Assembly: GCA_028534125.1 (NCBI GenBank)
Contig: CM052827.1
Coordinates: forward strand, 60,884,001-60,948,000
Length of the DNA: 64,000 bases
From: Lama glama
Taxonomy: Eukaryota
Reading direction: 5' to 3'
In this document: positions 51,070 to 63,769 of the stretch, piece after piece
How the letters are laid out: each line of letters opens with the position of its first letter
Position numbering within the stretch: position 1 is the first letter of the stretch
Program-made: the position numbers and the translations under genes
Notes under the pieces: generated by a model
Seen by the model: the letters and a program-made list of their open reading frames with translations, nothing else
Databases searched by the model: none
Told to the model about the DNA's origin: nothing

Positions 51070-51270
51070 GCTCACATTTATTACGCTCAGGCACTTTGCT
51101 AGGCACCTGACACAGGTCATTCCCTTTACTCTTATATCAAATGTACTCAGAGTATAAACATCTCCATGTTACAGAAGGAGAAATTCAGACTCGGAGAAGT
51201 TAGAATAGTTTGTCCAAGGACACACAGTTTGTCAATGGTGGGGCCCGATGTAAAAGTCTCTGATTATGTG
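51070..51270 (-). mobile_element. MIR SINE
   Basis: ttacagaaggagaaattcagactcggagaagttagaatagtttgtccaaggacacacag. Confidence 0.75.
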
Positions 51271-53464
51271 CTTCTTCCAAGGGCCTTTTTTTTAGAGTAT
51301 GTACAAGGCGATGTGGGTTAGAGGGAGGGGAATGAGCAAGGTATAGGTACGAAATTTGGAAGCTAAATAGAGAGAAACATAAAAATGTGAGCACACGGAC
51401 CTCTGTTCGGGGCTCCCAGCACACCATGTGCTTGCATGACGGCTTACTCCAGACCGCGCTGTAATTTGTGGATTTATGTGAATGTTCTCTTCTACAGGGA
51501 GGCTGTGCATATCCCCTGAGTTGGGAGATGACTTTCTCTCTAACCTCAGTGCCATGTTCTGTGTGTAGAACATAGTAGATGCTCGGATATTTGTTGAATG
51601 AATGAATTGATTACACCAAGCCCCAAATTGCATGTTACAGCACACAAGTATTTGGAAACTGGTACAAAACACAAACAAAATCAATGACATCTGTAAGCAG
51701 AGATCTTTCTACAGCACAATAATGTGTCCTGTAATAATAGGTTTGGGTCAACCAGTTAAACAGATTGTTACATACATTAACTTGAGGGCAGATTCCTTCA
51801 CACTCATCACTGTATCCCTCAGATTCTCAGACCAATGCGTTTCATGGAGAAGACATTTGATACATTTTTATTGATTCTGTAAAGAAGCTAACCGTTGAAA
51901 ATCATGTATGATTTTCATATCATTCAGTAGGAATTAATATCTCCACATTATTGGAATTTAATGCATTGATATATGTACATCTTAATACATGCAATGTATA
52001 TGCAATTTGTAGTTTTAAGATTTGTCACATCTAAATCATAACAAGCATCTGGGTAAAAGTGAAAAATGGAAAAAAAAATTCTAAGCCAAATGTTTGGAGG
52101 AGTATTTTGTGCTATGTGGAAACGGCCTGAAGTGCGATACATTCATTTTTAAACCCCAAGCCCAAACCTACTATCACCACTACAACCGTCTTTATAAATG
52201 GGCAAAACTAGCCATCCAGCATTCATCCGATGACCTCAATTAGACTAGATTTGAGAGTACAAATTGAAACAAGAAAGGAAACGCTCCAGGTGCTGGGAAA
52301 CGGTATTGACATTGCTGTGACTCTGCTGTTTTAATTGTGCTGATAAAAAAATTCTAATAGGTCAAAAATTGAAAGCTCAATGAGATGAAAACAACCAGGA
52401 GCCGGAAAGGGAAGACAGGGGTGGGGAAGGCTGAGAGGTTAATGTCGACTTCCATCTAATTTAGGATTTGGATTAAGGAACAGAGAAGCTCAAACCTGCC
52501 TAAATCATGCTGCCATCTGTGACTCTGATGTGGCATTTGGAAGCGTAAAAGCACATGCTGGAAGATTACCAAGACAAAGAACAATTCTGGAATCTCGGCA
52601 TCGGATTTTCCTTCTGTGGCTAAAAGGCTGAGCTACTCCGGCAATATTTAGGTTCGTTTTCTGCTTCATCTGAGATGCAAAGCATCTTTTTAAAGCACAG
52701 AGGTTGCATGCTCTGTAAGTAGGAACCTTCAGGGGTGAATCAGACATCACTTTCCAGACTTGTGCAGGAGTTGCATCATTAAGAAATATGTGTTGGTAGT
52801 TATTGATTATGTAACAAAAGGGAGAACAAGGGAAATTAAAAATCTTGTTGAAGTGCCATTATACTTAATGAGTTCTGAGATGTTCTCTTTAGCCACAGTT
52901 CCCATGGAAATCATTTAATGCCGAGAGGGAGTTCATTGCACCAAGGGAGACGGCATGTTTTCGGACCATCTAATCAGAGGAGCAAAACAAGAAGGGTCTG
53001 CATCTTTGAATAAAACATTTTGTATTACATGCACACCTGCATTTTCTCTTCCCAGAAGCTGGCTGAGGGCAGAAGACAGCATGGTTATTCTTTCAATTTT
53101 AAATTTTCATCCTATTTTGTATCCTTTACATACATGTTTCTAAAATCAGTTGATAAGGACAGAAATACATTTTTTTCAGAGATCAAAGGGAAATTAGGTG
53201 ATACAAAAACATCCTAATGTAATAGTATTTTTGGTGAACTCCCTGTATTTTCAGGGGCTTCCCTTTAATTCAGTGTGAGGGCATCTCCTTTACCTCTCTG
53301 ACCAGCATCCTGGTCCAGCAGGCATGGTCAATGTGTGACCGACATCAAGGACAGACAGTATGGCTGCCCTCTTCTCGCAGACGGCTTGCCACTCTTCCCC
53401 CGTGGCCAGCATTCAGTGCCGACTGCAGCCAGCGCTGCCCACGTTCAGTTGTCATCCTTCAGTG

Positions 53465-53670
53465 GCAGGCATGGCGAGCCTCGTGGTGAGGGACATTAAC
53501 ACGAACTTCTGAGCCCGAAGCTCTGGGTCCCAGGGCTGCCTTGGTCTCTCGTTAGTGACGAGGTTGTTGGCAAGTTACTGAACATCTCCATGCCTCAGTT
53601 TTCTCAGCTAAAGGACAGGGACAGAATCAGCTAACGGTTGTAAAAATTGAATAAGATGCTCAGCAGTGCT
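53465..53670 (+). mobile_element. MIR SINE
   Basis: ttggcaagttactgaacatctccatgcctcagttttctcagct. Confidence 0.7.
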
Positions 53671-55429
53671 AAGGCTGCCACCCTTTCCCGTCACTTAGCT
53701 GAACATACCATCCTTTGCCAAAAAATAGCCACTGTCATAGTATAAAAGGCCTCTTTTGATTTGGTGCCTACAGAGAGTTGACTCCTGTTTCCCGTGTATC
53801 TCTCTCTCCTTTTTGAGTAACAGCGCTCTGCTGCTGTCACATTTTACTGCTCCAGATCCTGTGCTTTCCCTTGAGGAAACAACCCCTGCCTACCGTTATA
53901 GCATGTGATGAATCCAGGCCTAAGAACATACATCGTTCCTCTGGCTACCGTGTTGGGCTCAGATGGCCTGACCTGGTCTTTCAGCCAAAGCTGCAGGCAG
54001 GTGGGATGGTGTCGGCCCAAAAGTATCTCTCCTCTCCGAGCAGCTTGACCAAGAGGAACACGGAGGGAAGCAGAGCCAAGGTCTGCTCTCAGTGACTTTA
54101 TTTGCACTCCTCCACCCAGCGTGCTCAAAGCTAAACCCAGCATGCCCTGGGTTTTTCATCAAATGAGCCAAGAAATTATGTTACGCTTTAGTAGGTTTGA
54201 AATTGGCACTTTCAGTGGAAAGAGTTTTGAGTAACACCTCCAAGGGTGGAGATCAATTGTAGGGGTGGGAAGCAAAATTTAAATTTGAGTAAGATCATTT
54301 TTCACTTGCAAACCTTCTCTAGATTGTTCGTATACTGCATTCATTCTTTAATGCACTAGGGCAACATAATCTAGGTTATTTAAAATTTTTCTTGTATGAT
54401 GGTTACAATAAGAAGTGCAAAAGGGTGGTGAGTCACGAAAAAAGAAACAGTACAGAGAACATTTGAAGCGGGTGCGGAAGAATTATGCCCCTCCCCCAGA
54501 AGAGAGCGCTGTGGCGGCCGGAGGGTGCGAGTTACAGAGAGAAGTGCGCATTTTGAAACCGAGGACAACACCTTCCTTAAGAGACAGACAAAAGCAAGTC
54601 AGGATTAAAGCCGCCTGCAGAGGACAGGTGGTTAACAGAAACGATCATCAGAGTGGCCAGCGCATGAGGACTGCGTATTGCCAACATGGGCTTGTCGAAC
54701 GGCCCTGACATCGGTCCTGGAGGTGTCCCTCTCCACTGGGAAGGCAGCGGTAAGAGGGCACGTTGCTGTGCAAAGTGGATGACAAATTAATGGAGTTTGT
54801 TATTTCAGGGGTCTTATAAGCCAAATTAATAATGTGGAGAGGCTTTGATAAATTTATTATTGTCAGCTAAATAGTCACTTTTCGAAGGATAGAGGACAAC
54901 TTGGGAAACACTCTCTAATATTTAATTTCCACAGGGTGCCGGGGCGGGCAGTGGAAAGACCCTCATGCCTCGTGGAGTTGTAAGTCTGGTTTAGCCTCTG
55001 TGAAACTGTGTGACCTTGAGCCCACTTGTCAATGTGGGGTCATAATACTGCTACCTGACATCATTGCAGGAGGCTCAAAATGCGTCATTATTTTAGTGCC
55101 CTTGAAAGACACTGAATTAAGTTGCAAAGTTCAAATACAAGTAAAAGACTGCTCTTATCATGGTTACTGGTAACGCTCTGGGCTAAACCCCATAATCATC
55201 TTATTTCTCAGTCTTTTTCTTGTTGGATGGACCAGAGTTATTCGGCAAGTTACTCTCTCCTTGAAACCCTTCACTTCATCACCAGCGTACTCCTACTAGT
55301 CTCTTTGCTGTTCCTTCTCTCTTCGATCCTTCAGTGTTGCAGGTGCCCCAGAGCTGAGTCCTCTTTTCTTTTCCGTCTTCTTCCTGTGGACCATTTCATT
55401 CAGATTAATGGATACAAAATATTGCAAGG

Positions 55430-55690
55430 AGACATGAAATTTTAGATAGGCCTCACTTTTGAGTAAAAACCTACTGTCAGTGAAGGAGCTCACCATATCT
55501 AGGGGAAGAGCATTCCAGGCAGCAGAAACAAAGTGCAAAGGTCCTGAGGCAGAATTATGCCTGTTATAGCAGAGGAAGAACAAGGAGGCCAGCGTGGCTG
55601 GAGCGAAGTGAACAATGCGGCGGGTGGATGAGGACGGTACTTTCAGAGGTAACCGGGTCAGATCACCAAGTGTCAAAGACACGTCAGTCG
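55430..55690 (-). mobile_element. L2 fragment
   Basis: ggggaagagcattccaggcagcagaaacaaagtgcaaaggtcctgaggcag...aaggaggccagcgtggctggagcgaagtga. Confidence 0.8.
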
Positions 55691-55734
55691 TTGTACTAAA
55701 CTATTTCACTGCTTACCTTGAAGACACACAGTAA

Positions 55735-56245
55735 GGTTACTGAGTCCAAACTCGTTCGGCTCACAGCACGACAGGCCAATAAATCAGGAGGTAAGGTGTT
55801 GGGGTAAAGAATAACGGCTTTATTCGGAAAGCTGGTGGACTGAGAAGATGGCAGACTGACGTCCTTGAGAATCATCGTCCCAGGTAGAATTCAGGCTCCT
55901 TTTATACTAAAAAGGGAAGGGGGTGTGCTTGGTTGTTGCAGACTTCCTGCTGTCAGAATCCTTTGTTCTTGCAGCTGTCCACGTAGGTCAGGTCAGGTCG
56001 TGGGGTCCCCGTTGACCTCCAACAAACCAAATGTTATTTTCTACTCTGCAACTTTTTATCTTCATATCAGTGGAAAAGTGTTCTACCCTTAAAGGTCAGA
56101 GCCTTGAGAATAGGCTCTCCTGTATATTCCAGGCTCGAGGCAACATTGTTTTGCAAAAGGTGCAGAACCAGCGTGACTAGGCCTGGGAAACAGAGCCAAA
56201 GGAGCAGATCTATCCTGAAGTCAGATTTGTTCTTTTCTGTTAACG
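55735..56245 (-). mobile_element. ERV1-class solo LTR (cetartiodactyl, MER41-like)
   Basis: About 510 bp; minus-strand TATAAAA (55906-55900) upstream of AATAAA (55824-55819); ends gttactgagtcc...gttaac; the terminal TG/CA dinucleotides are mutated and no TSD is evident. Confidence 0.7.
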
Positions 56246-57072
56246 GTGCTTTAATCTTTGAACGGTTTCTATCAGTGTATAGCATTCAGGCAACACTTTT
56301 TATTATTAATTATATGAATATATTTTAGTGATCAAATACATTGCCAATCACTATTTTATATTATGCAGTTTTCTTGTTAGGCAGGTCAAAGGAAGCTTGT
56401 ACGAACAGAAGCAGTTGACACTTTTTCTGTAAAAAGCCTTCACCATTTGAATGTGTCAAAAAAAAAAAAAAGAGAGAGAGAGAAAACACAAGACAGAAAG
56501 TCCAAAGAAACAATTTTTTCCTTAAATTGTTCTGTCATAATAACACACACACTTTCCTTTTTCCGACACAGATTTTTTTCTTCTAACAGCCTTTGCTTGT
56601 TTTGATTTTTATCAGATCTGATGATTTTCATTTTCCTCAAGTCTTTGTATGTGGGCCACATCCAAATGGGGAATAATATGGTAAAGCTGTCCCTATTTGT
56701 GTTTTTAAATAAGTCCTTTGGGTAGGAAAATATTTTGGAATCAATATTTTAAAATGAGGGTGCAAATAGGATGTTAAGGGAAAAAAATATACTCTAGTGC
56801 TATTACATTTTAGTAAAAAATACAGACATTTTCAGCCATTCAGCTAGTTTTCAGAGCTACCCTCAGATCTGTATGTCCCTGAAACTTTGCCATTCTCAAC
56901 AATCACCATTACTCTTTCTTTGAACATATGTTTTCAAATTAAAGGGAACTCAGCCAGTAGCACCAGAACTGAGGGCGGGAGGGGAGGGCGGGGAGGCTTT
57001 GCATAATCCAGTATTTAACTTCTGTTGGGAACGTCAGTCCTCAGTCTGTGGCTAGACCTTCCTCACAGCATC

Positions 57073-57175
57073 TGTTGTGGACTGCAGTGTGTCCCTGTAA
57101 AAGATAAGCTCAAGTCCTAACCCCTGGTGCCTGTGAAGGTGCCTGCCTTGGAATTAGGGTCTTTGCAGGTGTGTG
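57073..57175 (+). mobile_element. MLT1C/D 5' fragment
   Basis: aagtcctaacccctggtgcctgtgaaggtg...ttggaattagggtctttgcaggtgt. Confidence 0.75.
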
Positions 57176-57189
57176 TAAGTGGGGGAGGG

Positions 57190-57503
57190 CGCTGGTGTTA
57201 CGTCCCCCTCTGAGTCCGAGAGGCTGGGAGTCACACCAGCGTCCCAGGGCAGGAGGAGAGGGATGTCTCATCCCAAGCCGAGGAGGTGAATTTGCCTTCC
57301 TCCACCCTATTGTTGTGCTCACTTCCTCGACAGGTGGGAGGATGCCCACCCACGCTGGTGAGGGCAATCTTCACTCAGCTTACTGATTCAAATGCTAACC
57401 TGTTCCAGAGCCAGCCTCACAGACACACCCAGAAATGGTATCTTTTTACCAGGTATCCAGGCTCTTAGCACAGTCAAGTCGACGCATAAAATTAACCATC
57501 CCC
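57190..57503 (-). mobile_element. MLT2 (ERVL) LTR fragment
   Basis: gatgcccacccacgctggtgagggcaatctt...ctgattcaaatgctaa...ctcacagacacacccagaaat...cagtcaagtcgacgcataaaattaaccatc. Confidence 0.85.
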
Positions 57504-58075
57504 AAGGCATGGGGGAGAGGACACGTTCTGTTGTTTATGGTTAAACCTCTGTCTTTTAGTGGACCCCAGTTCCTGGGCTATGACCCGAATAAGTCTTTCT
57601 TAGCCTTTTTACCCTCTTAGGGAGGACGGAAAAGCCAGAGGAGGCTGGAGCAGGAAAAATGCCTTGCTCCAGGACAAATCTATTTGTAAATAAGAAAATG
57701 AGTATTCTTTGAATGCATATTTAATTCATACTAAAAGTGAATACATTTCCTAATAAAAGGTGAAAGATTTGAGGTTAATTGTCACTGGCACCGGTTTTTC
57801 AAGCTTCCGTCTGTGGTTATAACAAAGGGCAGAAGAAAGGGGAAATTTCGACACTACTCTGGGTTTGTTTTGTTTGGTGTTGATGCCTGTTCCTTGGGTT
57901 CAGAAACGTTGATGCAATAAAAAAAAAAAGTCGACAGGATGAAATGCTTTGTGTAGGACTTAATATGTAGGTCTTAGATTTCACCTGAGGATAAGCTATG
58001 TCGACTGATGTGCCCCAAACCCCACATCTAACATGTGCTACGGGAAAGCTCCCTTTCGGGTTTCTGAATTCCCAC

Positions 58076-58188
58076 TAGATAATCAGCCATCCCAGTTTGC
58101 ATGGGACTCGGGGTTCTCTGGGGACGTGGGACTTCCAGTGCTCAAACCAAGAAGGCCTCAGGCAAACCAGAAAGTGTTGGTCACCATC
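58076..58188 (+). mobile_element. MER81-like hAT-Blackjack MITE
   Basis: ccatcccagtttgcatgggact...gggacgtgggacttccagtgctcaaacc...ggcaaaccagaaagtgttggtcacc. Confidence 0.75.
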
Positions 58189-60699
58189 GTGGAGAATTTC
58201 ACTTACTTGAAACTAAGTTTAAAAAAAGATAAAAAGATGAAAAAATTTCCCCTTTGCACTTACTATCTGTGTGCTGATTGCTTAGAGCATGCCCGGGTAT
58301 GTAATGCAACAGATTATAGGAAGATCAATTTGCTGGCAAACAGTTTATAAATTACTTCATTACTCATATCAGCATCATCTGAGATTCCTATCTGTCTGAC
58401 TAAACTAAACAATAAAACAGACAGAAGCTTCTCTTGTCATGGGAACTGCACAAGAGCTGAGCCTCTCTGCCTACTGGCAACCTACGCCTGGGTGGGAGTT
58501 TGACGGCAGCTCTGAGTGAATCTTTCTTTCCTTTAGATGTTACCCAAATGAATCAGGAGTGGGAGGAAACAGGATGGGGCTGGAGGAAAAACATCTTGGC
58601 ACAGCCAGACTTGGGAACAGCTCATCCTGTCTCTACTGTCACCTCCACTGCAACTGGATTGCTCTTTCCTTAATGTAGTAATGGATCGTGGTCACCGACA
58701 TCTTCAAGCACCAAATGGCCCCAGACCTGGGTGCTCCATTTTTACCACTGGGATTAGAGCTTCAATTCCAAAGCTCCAGTTACAGATTAGGGCTATCTTG
58801 TCTCTTATTTCCCTCCAACCTAGGACCGAGGCACAGTGTTCTTGTAGGCAGTTCCTTCTCCAAAAACATGAAAGTCTTGCCCAAGACCCCCATCTTAGGA
58901 CTTAGGACAAAGACTGCACGAAGACTGACACTGCCTATCACTCGTGAATGGCAGCTTGGAAGTGAACATCTCTTGGAGCCCTGATGGTCACAGATAATTT
59001 GACTGAAATCAGGCTGGACATGGGTCTACTGCTCCTGTACTGTATTGTATCTCACCTGCTGAAATTCTAGCATTTGTTTGAAACTCCCCTCTCATTCTCC
59101 TTGTCAGACGGAGGTCAGGTTTGTGTCAGACTAACCTCAGCAGGTGCCATGTGGCTGGGTGCACAGCTGTCAGAAGCCAGGCACAGAAACAGGAAGCAGT
59201 GTCCGGGGAGTCGTCTGAAGGTCAGTGACTGGGGCATGAGTCCAGGGGCTTAACGGAGGAGCAGACCTGATGTGTGGAGGCAGAATGGGATTAGGAAGTC
59301 ATGGAGCAAGGTTGGAGGAACTGCTTAACTGGAGACAGCTGGGAGGAGCTTTGGAAGGGTGATGAGCAGACACACATTAGCTTTCATCCTGGGATGGCTC
59401 AGATGCATGAGGCTTGTTAAATTTAGTTAAGGAGGTTGCAATGAAATGACCATGGACTTGGCCTCACAGTCAGGTCTGTTGCTGTCTCCTGCACATCCTT
59501 GACAAGTAATCCTGCTATAGGAAACTGGAAAGTCTTCCGAAGAACTGTAAAATTATTACAGATACTCTGTAACCAGCCAGAGTGACTCCCTCTCATCCAG
59601 ATCTAGTTCTGTTACTGGCCTTTATCTAGATTGGTTTTGAGTCCTTTGGGAATATCTATTTAGATGAGTTTTCTCACTAAGGGTAGATCTTGACTCATTA
59701 TTTAATGATTATTCAACTAACAGAGAGAAGTACTCTAAGATGGTAATTGCTGTGTTAGAGAAAGAAAAAAATGAGACTGCCTTAGGCCAGAAAAGGCAAT
59801 TATTTCCACTTTTTACTTTTTGATGTAACAAATGAAAAATTTTAGAAAATTTTGCTTGAGTAATTTCTGTCCTTGGAACTGGGGTTTCTGGCTTGTTCTG
59901 AGACAAGGCAGTACTTTTGCCTTGTGGCCGTGAGGGTTTGGAGGGTGTCTGTTGATGGGAAAGTTCTTTTACTGAAATATCATGTCTCCAGCCATGACCT
60001 GTCCTTGGCTGCGCATAGCACAGGGCTATGTCTCTGAGGTGTACATTTGTCAGGAGACAAAATTCGGCTGGAGGCTTTCCCCAGGTGAGCAGCCATTTCA
60101 AGAAGCCCGATCTCTACCACTCTGGGGAGAATATTCTGCCTGTGCAGTCCCTGTTAGTTTGAAAAAATGCCTCCGTGCGTCTCTACTGGACTAAATCATG
60201 GGCCCTCTGATATGACAGCTTAGTTTGTTTAGAACTTCACTGGAAACAAAAACACAGCTTTTCAAGGCTCTCTCTTCCAGAAATTCATTTCATCCAAAGT
60301 AAAAATGAAATTCTGAGCTGCCGTTAACGTGTGTTAACCCTTGTAGGACCAACGCAAATCTCAGAGTTCTATGTGAAAAGATTTCGGTCTTCAGAACTGA
60401 CACGGGTGGAGAGTATGGCAGATGTGATGGTGTGTTGAAATGCTTCTTATTTGATGACTTAGGAGCGATGACCACTCCCAGCCACTACCGGGGACAGTTG
60501 TGACGGCTCAGTACCCTGCCTCTTCTCCCCTCATTTTCATCTATTTTTGTAAACAAGTAAGATAGTTTTAAAGCAAAAGAACACTGTGAAATAATTCAAA
60601 CTCCTCATCTTTAAATATATTATGTCAAAACTAAGAGTTAATAGAATGGATCCAATCAGTGAGTTTGAGAGGGAGGTGGCATGCGATCACTAGTGGACA

Positions 60700-60890
60700 C
60701 TTACGCATGCTTATGTTGTGCTTGGTCTAAGCGCTTTGCATATATTCACTCATCTAATTTTTGTACCCATCATGTGAAATAGGTACCCTTATTATTTGAA
60801 TTTTACAGGTGAGGGAATTGAGGCTTGGAGAGGTTAAGCAAGGTCCGAAGTTGCACACACACAGCTGCGGCTGCGAGGCTAACCCAGGAA
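60700..60890 (-). mobile_element. MIR SINE
   Basis: ttttacaggtgagggaattgaggcttggagaggttaagcaa. Confidence 0.8.
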
Positions 60891-61694
60891 GTCTCTCTCT
60901 CTGGTTTACAGAAATCAACTGTGCATTTCCTTGTTGAAATCACTGGGAATCATTAAACAAATGACATGAGGAAGATTATGTTTGTTAACTGGGCATGCTT
61001 GGGGCATTAATAACTGGTTTTATTTGTTTCCCACCAATTTCTTAATCATTTGGATGTGCTTTTGCCAACTATTTTTGCAATTATTTCCCTCGGTGACTCT
61101 GGTTACCTCTACTCTTTGTTAATTGCCTTCTCCAATTCACATGATCTTGCCAGAGTGTTGACAGTCGTAGGTGCGAGAACAGAATGCCCTGACAGCTCTT
61201 CTAAATTCTAGTTCTCCCAACGCAGGGTCTAGTTGAATATTCTCTTTTTCCTGCTGACTGTCTTGTCGCTTCTCTAAAGGCCCTGATATTTATTCTTTAC
61301 TGACAGACTCTCTGCAACCTGAAATCTATTTCTGGCCATCTCAAGCCTTTCTAACTTTCTCCTTCCAGCCTGACAATCCTTCTAATATCTGTCCTTTCTG
61401 CCTGTCCTCTGCAATGACTCATCCCGTTGCTTCCAGTCACCTCCACCTCTTATCTGGGTGAGCCTCGTTCCTCATCTCCAGCTATCTCTTTCTTTCCACC
61501 ACACTCTGACCTTCTCTATGCATTATACTTAAGAACTGACCCTTCACTTACTCTTTGGTCAAATTAATGCTTAACCTTTTCATCAAAAAAGAGCTTATGA
61601 ACATAAATGTTTATAACCCTCTTCTGGTCTCCTCCTCTCCTACTTCTCAAAATATCTAGCACATCACGTTGGAGGGCACTTCCAATTTAATAAA

Positions 61695-61885
61695 AATGAT
61701 AGCTTACTGTCCTATGCCAGACATATTAATTCATAATCGTTGTTACAACACTCTGTTATTATTATTCTCAGTTTACAGATGAGAAAGCTGGGGGTTAGAG
61801 AAGCAAAGTAACTTGTTCAAGGTCACACAGCTACCAATTGATGGAGCTGGCTTATAAATATGGATAAGGTCTGTGTTTTTAACCC
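61695..61885 (-). mobile_element. MIR SINE
   Basis: tttacagatgagaaagctgggg...aagtaacttgttcaaggtcacacagcta. Confidence 0.85.
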
Positions 61886-61924
61886 CTATAGTCTACGTTT
61901 AAAAGAAAGCAATATGGCTCCCTA

Positions 61925-62725
61925 GCCTCTGTGGTCCCATTGCAATAAATGTTATAGTTTCTATGTCAGTTAAAAAATAGGCTGATCAGTAATGCCAAGT
62001 GTGGAGATTGCTGCTTCCAAAACATTTAAAGGCCTTCTATGCATTGAATTTCCTAGCGATAATTGACGTGCGATATAATAACTTGGCTCATTATGAAGAC
62101 CTGCTGGCAAGTCTTAAGTCAGTGGACCCCAGAGAACTTCCTGGGAGTAGCAGACCCCAAATACCCTGTGCGGCTTATCTCCCTCCCTCTGGGCCATGTT
62201 TCGGTTGAGGCATAGGGAGGACTTGCCATTTCTTTCTCATCAGATCTGATTAGCATGATGTCATCAACATAGTACATCATGTGATGTGCTGCAGATTGTT
62301 CGGATGGTCCAAGTCTCTGCAGATTATGTTGCGATAGAGGACAGTAGAGTCAACATAGCCCTGTAGCAAGACTGTTCACTTGTCCATATCAGGTGAATGC
62401 AAGTACTTCTGATCTCCTTTTCTGGTGGATATTGAGTAGAACACATTCACCAAATGCATAGGCATATATGACATACCTGGGGCTGTATTAATATCTCTAG
62501 TAAAGATACCAGATCTGGTACAACAGCTTAACTGGGTTTGTGTTGGTCCACTGTCATCCATCAAGATCCATCTGGTTTTTGCACAGGCCAGACTAATGAA
62601 TTAAATGGGGACGTATGGGAATCAACACTCCTGCATCCTTTAAGTCTGACCGTGGCGATAACCCATTCTGCCCGATAAAAGATCAGACTTGTTGCGGGGG
62701 GAGTTTCGCTGCCTCCACTAGATGT
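61925..62725 (-). mobile_element. pol: ERV-L (class III ERV) internal pol fossil, reverse transcriptase domain, frameshifted
   Basis: Manual minus-strand translation across frameshifts: DLKDAGVLIP / SPFNSLVWPVQKPDGS*WMTVD / AVVPDLVSLLE / INTAPG..YMPMHLVNVFYSI / TVLLQGYVDS..RDLDH / YYVDDIMLIRSDEKEMAS / FWKQQSPHL; YVDD codons at 62271-62260. Confidence 0.9.
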
Positions 62726-63769
62726 CAACCTCTGATGTCAAACATTCAGAGAGGCTGTATTTTAATGGAAAATTCTTAAATATTAAATTACAACTTAAAG
62801 GTTGAGCAAAAAATATCAAATTTATCCATTCATTAAACAAATTGTTGTATACCTACTAAGGCTTGGTGAAGTGTATGGATAATGCCTAGAATTGAGAAAA
62901 CAATGAAGTCACCTGAAAGTATATACAAGAAGATATAAATGAGGTTAAATAAATGAAAATACGGTGAAGATATGGTGAAGAGCTTTAGAAGTCAGCAGAA
63001 AAACCATAGGAAGCACCCAGGAGTTGCTGGAGGGTCTTCATAAGGAAAGAGAATATTAGGGAGTGTTTATTATAGCAATACTTAAAATTAATGAGCATTT
63101 ATTATGGGTACTTTATTTACGTTTTCTCAGTTAATCCTTCATATAATCCAAAGAGTTGAATGCTATTATTATTGCTGATGGCAAATGGGTTCTTTTCCCG
63201 TCACAGAAACTGGACAGATGGTACACTGTCAAGGGGAGAGCGGGCAGGCTCAGGTGAGCAGCTGCCCTGAGTTTCTTTGGCAGGTTGGTTACACAGAGTG
63301 TAAAAATGAGCTAGTGGAATATTCATTGCGGAGGGAGGGGTTTGGGGTCTTATTCCCTGATTTTCATTCCAACTTCACCTTCCTGAAGGTTCCTGAAGGG
63401 AAGAGGGATGTTTGTCCTTATTCAGTCTTGGTCGAAGTGTCATGGCTTTCGTACATGATGGGTACCTAATCTGCAAGGCTAATTGTATTGAAATGAGGGC
63501 ATAATGCGAAAAAGTTTACTTTCCCACACTGGATAAGAGATTCCTGCCTTATCCTACCTCTTTGTTGGCCTCCAGGCCACTTGTCACCCCAAATGTGTGA
63601 CCGCTTATCAGCCTGGAGGTTCCTGCTTTTCTTTCTCTGCCCTGGGACTCCTGCTTACACAATGTAGGGTTTCTTGCATTTGGCCCAGGCCCCTCCTTTT
63701 TGCCCAATTCCTGCCATTTTGCCCGTGTCCCCGTTTCTCTGCTCATATCTAGCTAACTGCCAGCTCCAA

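Noticed and set aside
60346-60503. Acceptor-like cccttgtag followed by a frame containing FRTDTGGEY, reminiscent of the integrase RSDNGGEY motif
   Set aside because: No other integrase motifs around it and no matching donor; likely coincidence.
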